This document shows, in pieces, positions 42,622 through 50,315 of a DNA stretch of 54,589 nt; position 1 is the first letter of the stretch; each line of letters begins with the position of its first letter. The position numbers were made by a program, and so were the translations under genes. Location of the stretch: positions 1 through 54,589 of the forward strand of contig JAHHLF010000141.1 of assembly GCA_018679315.1 (NCBI GenBank), given 5' to 3'. The notes under the pieces are model-generated. The model was given only the letters and a program-made list of their open reading frames with translations, did no database searches and had not been told where the DNA came from. This DNA is from Bacteroidia bacterium (GTDB lineage: Bacteria; Bacteroidota; Bacteroidia; Flavobacteriales; Flavobacteriaceae).

Positions 42622-44025
42622 ATGATCAAGGCAACATCTTTTATTACCGATAATTTCCTGCTACACTCCAAAAACGCAGAAGAATTATATCATCAATATG
42701 CCAAAGAGCTGCCTATCCTGGATTACCACAACCACCTGTCGGCAAAACAGATTGCGGAAAATCAACCGATAAAAAACATTACAGAAGCTTGGCTGAACGG
42801 CGATCATTACAAGTGGCGCGCTATGCGGGCAAACGGCATAGATGAGCAATTTATTACGGGTAATGCGCCACTGGATGTACGATTTGAAAAATGGGCGGAA
42901 ACGGTGCCATATACGCTTCGGAACCCTTTATTTCACTGGACACAGCTGGAGCTAAAACGCTATTTTGGGATCGAAGACATCCTCCAGCCCAGTACGGCCA
43001 AAACCATTTATAAAAAGGCCAATGAAGTACTGGCCCAAAAGACCCCTGCACAGTTATTGGAAACGATGAAGGTAGAAGTGGTCTGCACTACAGACGACCC
43101 TACCGATGATCTTCATTACCACCAACAAATAGCCAAAGCGGATTTTTATACCAAGGTATTACCCACCTTCCGCTCCGATGCCTTATTTGGTATCGAACAG
43201 CCTTCTTTTAAGGCATATCTTGAAAAATTAAGTAGTTGTGTAGACTTTCCGGTAGACAGCTTTGCTACTCTTTTAAAAGCCGTCGACAAGCGGATTGAGT
43301 ATTTTCATGACAATGGCTGCCGACTATCCGACTTTGGCGTGGGTGGGCCGCACACGATCGTACCATTTACCCCTGAGGAAGTGGATGCCATTTTCGGCAA
43401 AAGCCTGAAGGGAGAGGCACTGACGACCCTGGAAACCAATAAATATCGATCAGCATTATTCCTTCATTTAGGGAGAAAGTACCATCAATATCACTGGGTA
43501 CAACAATACCACTTAGGCCCCATTCGGAATAACAACAGCCGTTTGCAGGAACAGGCCGGGGCAGACATTGGCTGCGATTCCATCGGGGATTATCCCATGG
43601 CTGATTTTATGTCGGCCCTGTTCAATACGCTTAATGCCTCTGACCAGCTGGCAAAGACCATTACCTATAACCTGGACCCGTCACAGAACGAGGTTTTTGC
43701 CACTATGATGGGGAATTATAACGGGGAGGTTCCGGGGAAGATGCAATGGGGTTCGGCATGGTGGTTCCTGGATCAGAAAGACGGCATGGAAAAACAGCTG
43801 AACACCTTGTCTAATATGGGGCTGTTAAGCAGGTTTATTGGAATGCTCACAGATAGCCGCAGTTTTTTGTCCTTTCCCAGACACGAATATTTCAGGCGTA
43901 TTTTGTGCAACCTGCTTGCCGAAGACATCAATAAAGGCTTGTTGCCCAATGATCTGGAATTTATTGGAAAAATGGTCCAAGACATATGCTATTATAATGC
44001 TAAGGAATATTTTGAATTTACATGA
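42622..44025 (+). CDS. uxaC: Uronate (glucuronate) isomerase
   Basis: 'LPILDYHNHL', 'GDHYKWRAMR', 'CTTDDP', 'GSAWWFLDQKDGM', 'TDSRSFLSFPRHEYFRR'. Confidence 0.97.
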   Translation: MIKATSFITDNFLLHSKNAEELYHQYAKELPILDYHNHLSAKQIAENQPIKNITEAWLNGDHYKWRAMRANGIDEQFITGNAPLDVRFEKWAETVPYTLRNPLFHWTQLELKRYFGIEDILQPSTAKTIYKKANEVLAQKTPAQLLETMKVEVVCTTDDPTDDLHYHQQIAKADFYTKVLPTFRSDALFGIEQPSFKAYLEKLSSCVDFPVDSFATLLKAVDKRIEYFHDNGCRLSDFGVGGPHTIVPFTPEEVDAIFGKSLKGEALTTLETNKYRSALFLHLGRKYHQYHWVQQYHLGPIRNNNSRLQEQAGADIGCDSIGDYPMADFMSALFNTLNASDQLAKTITYNLDPSQNEVFATMMGNYNGEVPGKMQWGSAWWFLDQKDGMEKQLNTLSNMGLLSRFIGMLTDSRSFLSFPRHEYFRRILCNLLAEDINKGLLPNDLEFIGKMVQDICYYNAKEYFEFT

Positions 44026-45344
44026 ATAGTAATGGCATGAAGGACCTGCAAACAGGGATGGGAAAGTATCGTTACCGCATATTGGCGCTGTTGCTCTTTG
44101 CCACCACTATTAATTATTTTGACCGTAGCATTATTGGGGTGATGGCCCCTGCCCTCCAAAGGTTGTTCGACTGGTCTAATGAAGACTATGCCAATATCAT
44201 TGTCAGTTTTCAGGTGGCCTATGCCATTGGCCTGCTTAGCATGGGCCGGATCATTGACAAACTGGGGACAAAGATCGGCTATACTCTGGCCATTGGCATC
44301 TGGAGTATTTTTGGGATGTTGCATGCTGCCGTAAGGCCTGCTTTTAGTGTCATAGGGTTTAGCCTTGCCCGCTTCGGATTGGGCTTTGGGGAAGCGGGGA
44401 ACTTCCCGGCCGCCATAAAAGCCGTGGCGGAGTGGTTCCCCAAGAAAGAACGGGCTTTTGCCACGGGAATATTTAATGCCGCCACCAGTTTGGGGGCCAT
44501 TGCTGCACCCTTTGTAGTGGGGTGGATAGTGCTGGAAGATGGCACGAATTGGCAAATACCCTTTTTGATCACCGGGGCATTGAGTAGCATCTGGGTTTTC
44601 CTATGGTGGCGTACGTATCGGAAGCCGGAGGAACACCCTAAAGTAAGGAAACAAGAACTGGCTTATATCCTGAGCGATTCTGAAGTAGAAGTAAGCAAAG
44701 AGTCCCTTCCCTGGTTAAGGATCGTCAAAAAGAGGGAAGCCTGGGCCTTTGCCGTGGCTAAACTGACGGATGCAGTCTGGTATTTTTACCTCTTTTGGGG
44801 TGCCAAATTTCTGGCAGAGACCTTTGGGCTGAAATTAAAGGATATCGGTGTGCCTTTTTTCATCATGTATGCCCTGGCCGACGGAGGTAGTATTTTAGGG
44901 GGCTATTTATCCGGGTATTTTATCAAAAAAGGATGGAGCATTAACAAGGCGCGTAAGACCACGCTTTTGATATGCGCCATAATGATCATCCCCGTATGTT
45001 ATGTTGCCCTGGCAGAAAACAAATGGGTCGCTGTGGTGCTTATCGGCATTGGGGCAGCGGGTCACCAGGCCTGGTCTGCCAATATTTATACCCTTGTTTC
45101 GGATGTCTTTCCTAAAAAAGCCACCGCCTCAATCATTGGATTGGGGGGCATGGTGGGGGCAGTGGCCGGGATCATCAGCAGTAAGTTGTTAGGGCGATTT
45201 TTGGATCAGGCAGATAACACCGCTTATTTCTGGGCTTTTTTGATCGCGGGTTCCAGCTATCTCATTGTGTTAGGTGCCGTTCATTTGTTAATGCCGAAGA
45301 TGGTTCCTTATGATGAGAATTTGGAAAGGGTGAAGAAATCGTGA
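44022..45344 (+). CDS. exuT: Hexuronate MFS transporter (ExuT-like)
   Basis: 'LLFATTINYFDR', 'GEAGNFPAAIKAVAEWFPKKERA.ATGIFN', 'HQAWSANIYT'. Confidence 0.85.
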   Translation: MNSNGMKDLQTGMGKYRYRILALLLFATTINYFDRSIIGVMAPALQRLFDWSNEDYANIIVSFQVAYAIGLLSMGRIIDKLGTKIGYTLAIGIWSIFGMLHAAVRPAFSVIGFSLARFGLGFGEAGNFPAAIKAVAEWFPKKERAFATGIFNAATSLGAIAAPFVVGWIVLEDGTNWQIPFLITGALSSIWVFLWWRTYRKPEEHPKVRKQELAYILSDSEVEVSKESLPWLRIVKKREAWAFAVAKLTDAVWYFYLFWGAKFLAETFGLKLKDIGVPFFIMYALADGGSILGGYLSGYFIKKGWSINKARKTTLLICAIMIIPVCYVALAENKWVAVVLIGIGAAGHQAWSANIYTLVSDVFPKKATASIIGLGGMVGAVAGIISSKLLGRFLDQADNTAYFWAFLIAGSSYLIVLGAVHLLMPKMVPYDENLERVKKS

Positions 45345-45416
45345 TCCTCAAAAGGCACAACTCCTCCAAAGAGTACGTGATAATGCGGAAGCAGTGGGTC
45401 TTTCAAAAAAAGCTTC

Positions 45417-45962
45417 CTAAAGTACAAAGACCATTGTCAGGATGGTTAGTACAGCAAGCATCATCAGTATGAAGCTGTAAGCCAGGTTACGGACAGATTT
45501 GTTCACATCGCTCAATTTATTGGAAGCGATCAGCGAATGAACAAATATTTGCTGCCCCAGCTGGTCATAAAGGTCCTTATCATTCTTCAGCAGTCCGTGG
45601 AATTTTCTTGAGTAAGAGCGGATATCCCCATAATGCGTGATCGCATCATAGAAGAAGAACATGTTCTTGTCAAAACTTGTTTCGATCTGAGGCAAAAAGC
45701 ACCTGAACGCGTAATAGATCGACCGGCCGACAAAGAAGAAATAGATCAGCACAATGATTATGAGCAAGACGTTCGGCTGGAAGTTCGATTCCATGTTCAA
45801 AGTCATTTCGAAGACCACCCCTAGCACCAATCCATAAAAGGACATGATAAGCGCGGCCTTTAACTCAGCAGTGCGATTCAAGTCGCTGGTATGCCGGATG
45901 GTTTCCCAGTAGACAATGATCTTCTCCTCAGGGGTAAGTTTTACCTTTTCTTTAGCAGGCAT
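45417..45962 (-). CDS. Pycsar-effector-like (DUF5706/PycTM) membrane protein, no adjacent cyclase
   Basis: '..AELKAALI' helix, two TM, 'FLPQI', 'FFFYDAI', 'DQL..QI...S.IA..K...V..S', C-terminal TM; recognised from memory of family pattern; TACCTTTA -7-like motif at 45983-45990 (minus). Confidence 0.75.
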   Translation of the reverse strand: MPAKEKVKLTPEEKIIVYWETIRHTSDLNRTAELKAALIMSFYGLVLGVVFEMTLNMESNFQPNVLLIIIVLIYFFFVGRSIYYAFRCFLPQIETSFDKNMFFFYDAITHYGDIRSYSRKFHGLLKNDKDLYDQLGQQIFVHSLIASNKLSDVNKSVRNLAYSFILMMLAVLTILTMVFVL

Positions 45963-46127
45963 AGGTTACCTTGGTTGACGCCTAAAGGTAGTAAATATTC
46001 ACATTTGGTCGGGAACGCAATTCGTGTTTTAGTAGTCAATGCTGCCCATTAGTAATTCATAAATATTTTGGGATCATTGCTCAATAAACAACTAAGAATG
46101 TTACTATTTTGTTACTATATTTAAAAT

Positions 46128-46161
46128 AAAACCCTGAAAATAAGCGAATTAACAGGGTTTT
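46128..46161 (-). terminator. Hairpin/terminator adjacent to tRNA-Leu 3'-end copy
   Basis: AAAACCCTG..CAGGGTTTT inverted repeat with T-tracts on both strands. Confidence 0.5.
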
Positions 46162-46163
46162 TT

Positions 46164-46210
46164 TGTTCTCGAGGCGGGAATTATCCTGACCGCAAGCGTC
46201 AGGATGAGTC
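46164..46210 (-). repeat. tRNA-Leu 3'-end copy interrupted by a 23-bp palindrome
   Basis: TGTTCTCGAGGCGGGAATT is 17/19 identical to 46486-46504, then ATCCTGACCGCAAGCGTCAGGAT (46183-46205), then GAGTC. Confidence 0.75.
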
Positions 46211-46444
46211 ACGCTCGAACAAAGTCAAAAAAGAAAAGCCAGCCCTGCAGGCTTTCTATTTGACTTTTATCCGCTTACACTCGAATAAGTTCGGCGATGT
46301 TCTTAAAAAGAGTATACGGGAATTGCCTCCTTTCAGTCGGCGAGTCCCGCCCGAACAGAGTCATAGAAGAAAAGCCAGCCTTTCGGCCTATCTTTTGGCG
46401 TTTTATCCACTTACACTCGAACAAGTTCGGCGACGTTCCTAAAA
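46206..46444. repeat. Two-copy 103-bp direct repeat downstream of tRNA-Leu
   Basis: 46206-46308 versus 46342-46444, 85/103 identical ungapped (hand count); each copy preceded by CGGGAATT plus a hairpin. Confidence 0.9.
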
Positions 46445-46448
46445 CGCC

Positions 46449-46476
46449 AAAAGTCAGAGCAATTGCTCTGACTTTT
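46449..46476 (-). terminator. Terminator after tRNA-Leu
   Basis: Perfect 28-bp palindrome AAAAGTCAGAGCAATTGCTCTGACTTTT. Confidence 0.8.
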
Positions 46477-46487
46477 CTTCTTATTTG

Positions 46488-46572
46488 TACTCGAGGCGGG
46501 ACTTGAACCCGCACGGCCATAATGGCCATTGGATTTTAAGTCCAACGTGTCTACCAATTCCACCACTCGAGC
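46488..46572 (-). tRNA. tRNA-Leu (anticodon TAA)
   Basis: GCTCGAG-TGGTGGAATTGGTAGACAC-G-TTGGA-CT-TAA-AA-TCCAA, long variable arm, GCGGG-TTCAAGT-CCCGC-CTCGAGT-A; CCA not encoded. Confidence 0.96.
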
Positions 46573-46575
46573 TTG

Positions 46576-46613
46576 TCCTCCGAAGCTCCGATAAGTATCG
46601 GAGCGAAGGAGGA
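46576..46613. repeat. REP-like nested hairpin
   Basis: TCCTCC-GAA-GCTCCGATA-ag-TATCGGAGC-GAA-GGAGGA. Confidence 0.6.
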
Positions 46614-46626
46614 GCCGGACTTCTAT

Positions 46627-46651
46627 AAAAAAGCGCCGACAATCAGCGCTT
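46627..46651 (-). terminator. Terminator-like hairpin between tRNA-Gly and tRNA-Leu
   Basis: Minus strand AAGCGCTGA-ttg-TCGGCGCTT-TTTT. Confidence 0.6.
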
Positions 46652-46656
46652 GTTTT

Positions 46657-46718
46657 GAGCGAAAAACGGGATTCGAACGTTCACTGCTGACTTGCGTGGC
46701 ATCGTCAGTGCCGCGACC
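46657..46718 (-). pseudogene. tRNA-Gly 3'-half copy with 32-bp hairpin insertion
   Basis: 46657-46678 is 22/22 identical to 46775-46796; 32-bp insert 46679-46710; 46711-46718 is 8/8 identical to 46797-46804. Confidence 0.8.
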
Positions 46719-46775
46719 GAGGTCGCAGTATAGGTATTACCCTAGCGTTAGAATCTCATTTTTCAATTAACTGAG

Positions 46776-46848
46776 AGCGAAAAACGGGATTCGAACCCGC
46801 GACCTCCACCTTGGCAAGGTGGCGCTCTACCAACTGAGCTATTTTCGC
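46776..46848 (-). tRNA. tRNA-Gly (anticodon GCC)
   Basis: GCGAAAA-TAGCTCAGTTGGTAGAGC-G-CCACC-TT-GCC-AA-GGTGG-AGGTC-GCGGG-TTCGAAT-CCCGT-TTTTCGC-T. Confidence 0.97.
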
Positions 46849-46854
46849 ATTTTT

Positions 46855-46973
46855 AACCTGAACTCAGCTCGGCTGTAGTTCAGGGTTCGCATTCTAATTA
46901 TATCGCCCTCAATTTCTGTGATGGCACAAAGCTTGGCGCGAGCCCTGTAGTGAAACATGTTTCTACTACGGGG
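46855..46973. repeat. Two REP-like hairpins in the tRNA leader
   Basis: AACCTGAACT-CAGC-tcg-GCTG-t-AGTTCAGGGTT (46855-46887) and CCCTGTAGT-GAAAC-at-GTTTC-t-ACTACGGGG (46943-46973). Confidence 0.55.
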
Positions 46974-46978
46974 GAGCG

Positions 46979-46986
46979 CAAATTTA
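46979..46986 (-). promoter_or_regulatory. -7 promoter element for tRNA-Gly/Leu unit
   Basis: TAAATTTG on minus strand followed by GC-rich CGCTCCCCC. Confidence 0.6.
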
Positions 46987-47046
46987 AAATAATTCTGTCA
47001 ATTGTCAGGCACATTCCACGAAAGAAATAGTCGCTTTACATCCTGT

Positions 47047-49665
47047 TTACGAAGTAGCCTTGTTTCTTTTGGTCAGCATACGTTTGATCTCGTTGAGCTT
47101 CATAAGTGCTTCCACCGGAGTCAGTGTGTTGATATCAAGATGGAGGATCTCATCCCTGATCTCTTCCAGCAAAGGATCATCCAATTTAAAAAAGCTGAGT
47201 TGTGACTCACTATGAGCTTCTTTAAGATCATCTCCTAACTCTTCGCTCGAATGGGATTTTTCTAACCTTGCTAAAAGTTTATTGGCCTTTCTGAGTACTT
47301 GTTGCGGCATACCGGCCATTCGGGCCACATGAATACCAAAACTATGCTCACTACCACCAGGTTCCAGTTTGCGCAGGAACAAAATCTTGTTCTTTACTTC
47401 TTTTATCGACACATTGAAATTTTTGATCCGCTCAAAGAGTGAAGTCATTTCATTGAGTTCGTGATAGTGGGTGGCGAATAAGGTTTTGGCTCGCGCCGGA
47501 TGTTCATGAATAAATTCTGAAATTGCCCAGGCAATGGAAATACCATCATAGGTGCTGGTGCCCCTACCTATTTCATCCAAGAGGATCAAACTCCGCTCTG
47601 AAAGATTGTTCAGGATGGAAGCGGTCTCATTCATTTCAACCATAAATGTGCTTTCACCAACAGAGATATTGTCGCTGGCACCTACGCGGGTAAATATCTT
47701 ATCTACATATCCTATTTTGGCTGAAGCCGCTGGTACATAACTGCCTATTTGCGCTAACAAGACGATCAGAGCAGTTTGCCTCAGTATGGCAGATTTCCCG
47801 CTCATATTCGGACCTGTGATCATCAGGATCTGCTGATCTTCGGTGTTTAATACAACATCATTTGGGATAAAGGGTTCTCCCGGAGGCAATTGTTTCTCAA
47901 TGACCGGATGCCGGCCATCCCGTATTACTATATCCAGACCGGTATGCATTTCAGGTGCTACATAGGAATTCTCTTCTGCCAACTCACCAAAGGCACTCAA
48001 ACAATCCAATTCGGCTAATAAACGGGCGTTCTCCTGTACCGGCTGAATAAAATCGCGCATCCATAAGATCAATTGCTCAAATAAGTGCCGCTCCAATTCC
48101 AGGATGCGTTCTTCAGCCCCCAGGATCTTTGCTTCATATTCTTTTAATTCTTCAGTAATATATCGCTCCGCGTTTACCAGTGTCTGCTTACGGATCCAAG
48201 ATTCGGGCACTTTATCTTTATGCGCATTGCGCACTTCCAAATAATAGCCAAATACATTATTGGACGATATTTTTAAGGAACTTATCCCTGTATTCTGCAT
48301 CTCCCTTTCTACCATGGAATCCAGATATTCCTTACCCGAATAAGCGAGTTTTCGCAGCTCATCCAATTCCTCTGAAAATCCTTCGGCAATGACAATCCCT
48401 TTGCCTACCTGGGCCACGGCGTTGCTGTCTAATACAGTTTGAATGCGATCAATAAGGGCTTCGCAAATGTTTAGGTTGCTGGATAAAAAATTAAGTGCTT
48501 CTGATTCTTTCTGAGTAGACAACTCTTTAATTGGGGCGACGTACGTCAGGGCTGTACTAAATTGTACCACTTCTCTTGGTGTGACCTTCCCAGTTGCAAT
48601 TTTGGAGAGTATTCGTTCAAGATCCCCAATTTTTTTCAGTGAGGAACGAAGTGATTCCCGCGATTCCTGATTTTCCAGCCAGTAACCAACGATCTCATGC
48701 CTGTTCCCCAGGATGCTGAGATCTAAAAGCGGCAATGCCAGCCAACGGCGCAACATCCTGCCGCCCATAGGGGTGCTGGTCCGGTCTATAATTTCAAAAA
48801 GGGAAACACCCTGAGGGTGTGTCGATCTGAATAATTCCAGGTTACGGACCGTAAAATGATCTAGCCAAACGGCTTCAGAAGAGGCGATTCGCTGAATCCT
48901 GTTAATATGCTTTATCTGGGTGTGCTGGGTTTCAGAGATGTAGTGCATGACCGCTCCTGCGGCAATGATGCCCATTGGCAAGTGTTCTATTCCAAATCCT
49001 TTTAAAGAAGATGTGCCAAAATGCCTGGCCAAAAGTTCCTGCGAATAATCTTCCTGGAAGATCCATTCATCCAAAACGAAGAGGTGCCCATTGCTGATCC
49101 AGGATTCAAGTTCTTTCTTTTGAGATTTAGGAAGAAGAATTTCACTGGGATGAAAATTTTCCAGCAAGCGTTCTACCTGGGCTACTGTACCTTCACTCAC
49201 TAAAAATTCCCCTGTAGAAATATCAAGGAAGCTCACCCCATAGCCATTCCTTCCCGGATAAACGGCTGCCAGGAAATTGTTCTCTTTGGCCTGCAGCAAC
49301 TCATCACTTAATGCCACACCGGGTGTAACTAATTCTGTCACACCTCTTTTAACGATGGTTTTGGTCTGTTTAGGATCTTCCAATTGATCACAAATGGCAA
49401 CCCTGTATCCTGCCTTTACTAGTTTTGGCAAGTAGGTGTGAAGGGCGTGATGCGGAAAACCGGCCAAAGCCGTTTTATCACCTCCATTGTTGCGCTGGGT
49501 CAAGACGATGCCCAAAGCCTCTGCAGCTTTTTTGGCATCCTCGCCGAAAGTTTCATAGAAATCGCCCACCCTGAAGAGCAGCAATGCATCCGGGTGTTTG
49601 CTTTTGATGCTGTTATACTGCCGCATCAAGGGGGTTACTTTTTTTACTTTTTTGGCTTCTTTCAT
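47047..49665 (-). CDS. mutS: DNA mismatch repair protein MutS
   Basis: 'TPLMRQY', 'RVGDFYETF', 'TGPNMSGKS', 'STFMVEM', 'LDEIGRGTS', 'FATHYHEL'. Confidence 0.98.
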   Translation of the reverse strand: MKEAKKVKKVTPLMRQYNSIKSKHPDALLLFRVGDFYETFGEDAKKAAEALGIVLTQRNNGGDKTALAGFPHHALHTYLPKLVKAGYRVAICDQLEDPKQTKTIVKRGVTELVTPGVALSDELLQAKENNFLAAVYPGRNGYGVSFLDISTGEFLVSEGTVAQVERLLENFHPSEILLPKSQKKELESWISNGHLFVLDEWIFQEDYSQELLARHFGTSSLKGFGIEHLPMGIIAAGAVMHYISETQHTQIKHINRIQRIASSEAVWLDHFTVRNLELFRSTHPQGVSLFEIIDRTSTPMGGRMLRRWLALPLLDLSILGNRHEIVGYWLENQESRESLRSSLKKIGDLERILSKIATGKVTPREVVQFSTALTYVAPIKELSTQKESEALNFLSSNLNICEALIDRIQTVLDSNAVAQVGKGIVIAEGFSEELDELRKLAYSGKEYLDSMVEREMQNTGISSLKISSNNVFGYYLEVRNAHKDKVPESWIRKQTLVNAERYITEELKEYEAKILGAEERILELERHLFEQLILWMRDFIQPVQENARLLAELDCLSAFGELAEENSYVAPEMHTGLDIVIRDGRHPVIEKQLPPGEPFIPNDVVLNTEDQQILMITGPNMSGKSAILRQTALIVLLAQIGSYVPAASAKIGYVDKIFTRVGASDNISVGESTFMVEMNETASILNNLSERSLILLDEIGRGTSTYDGISIAWAISEFIHEHPARAKTLFATHYHELNEMTSLFERIKNFNVSIKEVKNKILFLRKLEPGGSEHSFGIHVARMAGMPQQVLRKANKLLARLEKSHSSEELGDDLKEAHSESQLSFFKLDDPLLEEIRDEILHLDINTLTPVEALMKLNEIKRMLTKRNKATS

Positions 49666-49775
49666 CTACTTTTCCAGCAAAGAATCTAAAGTATTAATTT
49701 CGTTAAGGATTCTAAACCAATGTTGATATTTGGGAATAACTTTTCCACTAGAAACATATAGAGCTAAGCAGGTAC

Positions 49776-50309
49776 ATGAAGTTTCGTAAACTGGCCAATG
49801 AAGAATTAGACCGAATCGATATTGAGGAATTCAAAGCATCGGAGAAATTACCTGTTGTACTTGTTCTTGACAATATTCGAAGTTTGAATAATATCGGCTC
49901 TATTTTCCGTACAGCCGATGCCTTTCGGATCGAACGTATATACCTCTGTGGGATCACTGCTCAACCTCCGCACCGCGATATTCAGAAGACAGCACTAGGT
50001 GCTACAGAAAGTGTTGCCTGGGAGTATTCCGAAGATGTATTAAAGGTCTTAAAGGACTTAAAAACCTCACATACACTAATTGCTGTTGAGCAGACAGAGA
50101 ATGCCGTTTTATTGACTGATTTTGAACCAGACAAGCAAAAAAGACTTGCCTTGATATTTGGCAACGAGGTAAAAGGCGTTCAGCAGGAGGCCATAGATCT
50201 TTGTGAAACCGTCGTGGAAATACCTCAGAAGGGAACGAAACACTCTTTTAATATAGCCGTAAGTGTCGGGATATTGCTTTGGGATATTTTTACAAAAATA
50301 CGCAGCTAA
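49776..50309 (+). CDS. SpoU/TrmH family RNA methyltransferase
   Basis: 'LDNIRSLNNIGSIFRTADAF', 'FGNEVKGV', 'IPQKGTKHSFNIAVS'. Confidence 0.92.
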   Translation: MKFRKLANEELDRIDIEEFKASEKLPVVLVLDNIRSLNNIGSIFRTADAFRIERIYLCGITAQPPHRDIQKTALGATESVAWEYSEDVLKVLKDLKTSHTLIAVEQTENAVLLTDFEPDKQKRLALIFGNEVKGVQQEAIDLCETVVEIPQKGTKHSFNIAVSVGILLWDIFTKIRS

Positions 50310-50315
50310 CCTACT

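Noticed and set aside
46175..46444. CRISPR array interpretation of the direct repeats
   Set aside because: Only two copies, 103 bp long, 18 mismatches, and no cas genes in the window
46657..46718. Intron-containing functional tRNA-Gly
   Set aside because: Anticodon arm, D-arm and 5' acceptor strand are missing beyond 46718
46260..46770. Short ORFs (60-84 aa) in the tRNA region
   Set aside because: They overlap tRNA-Leu, repeats and hairpins; typical spurious frames
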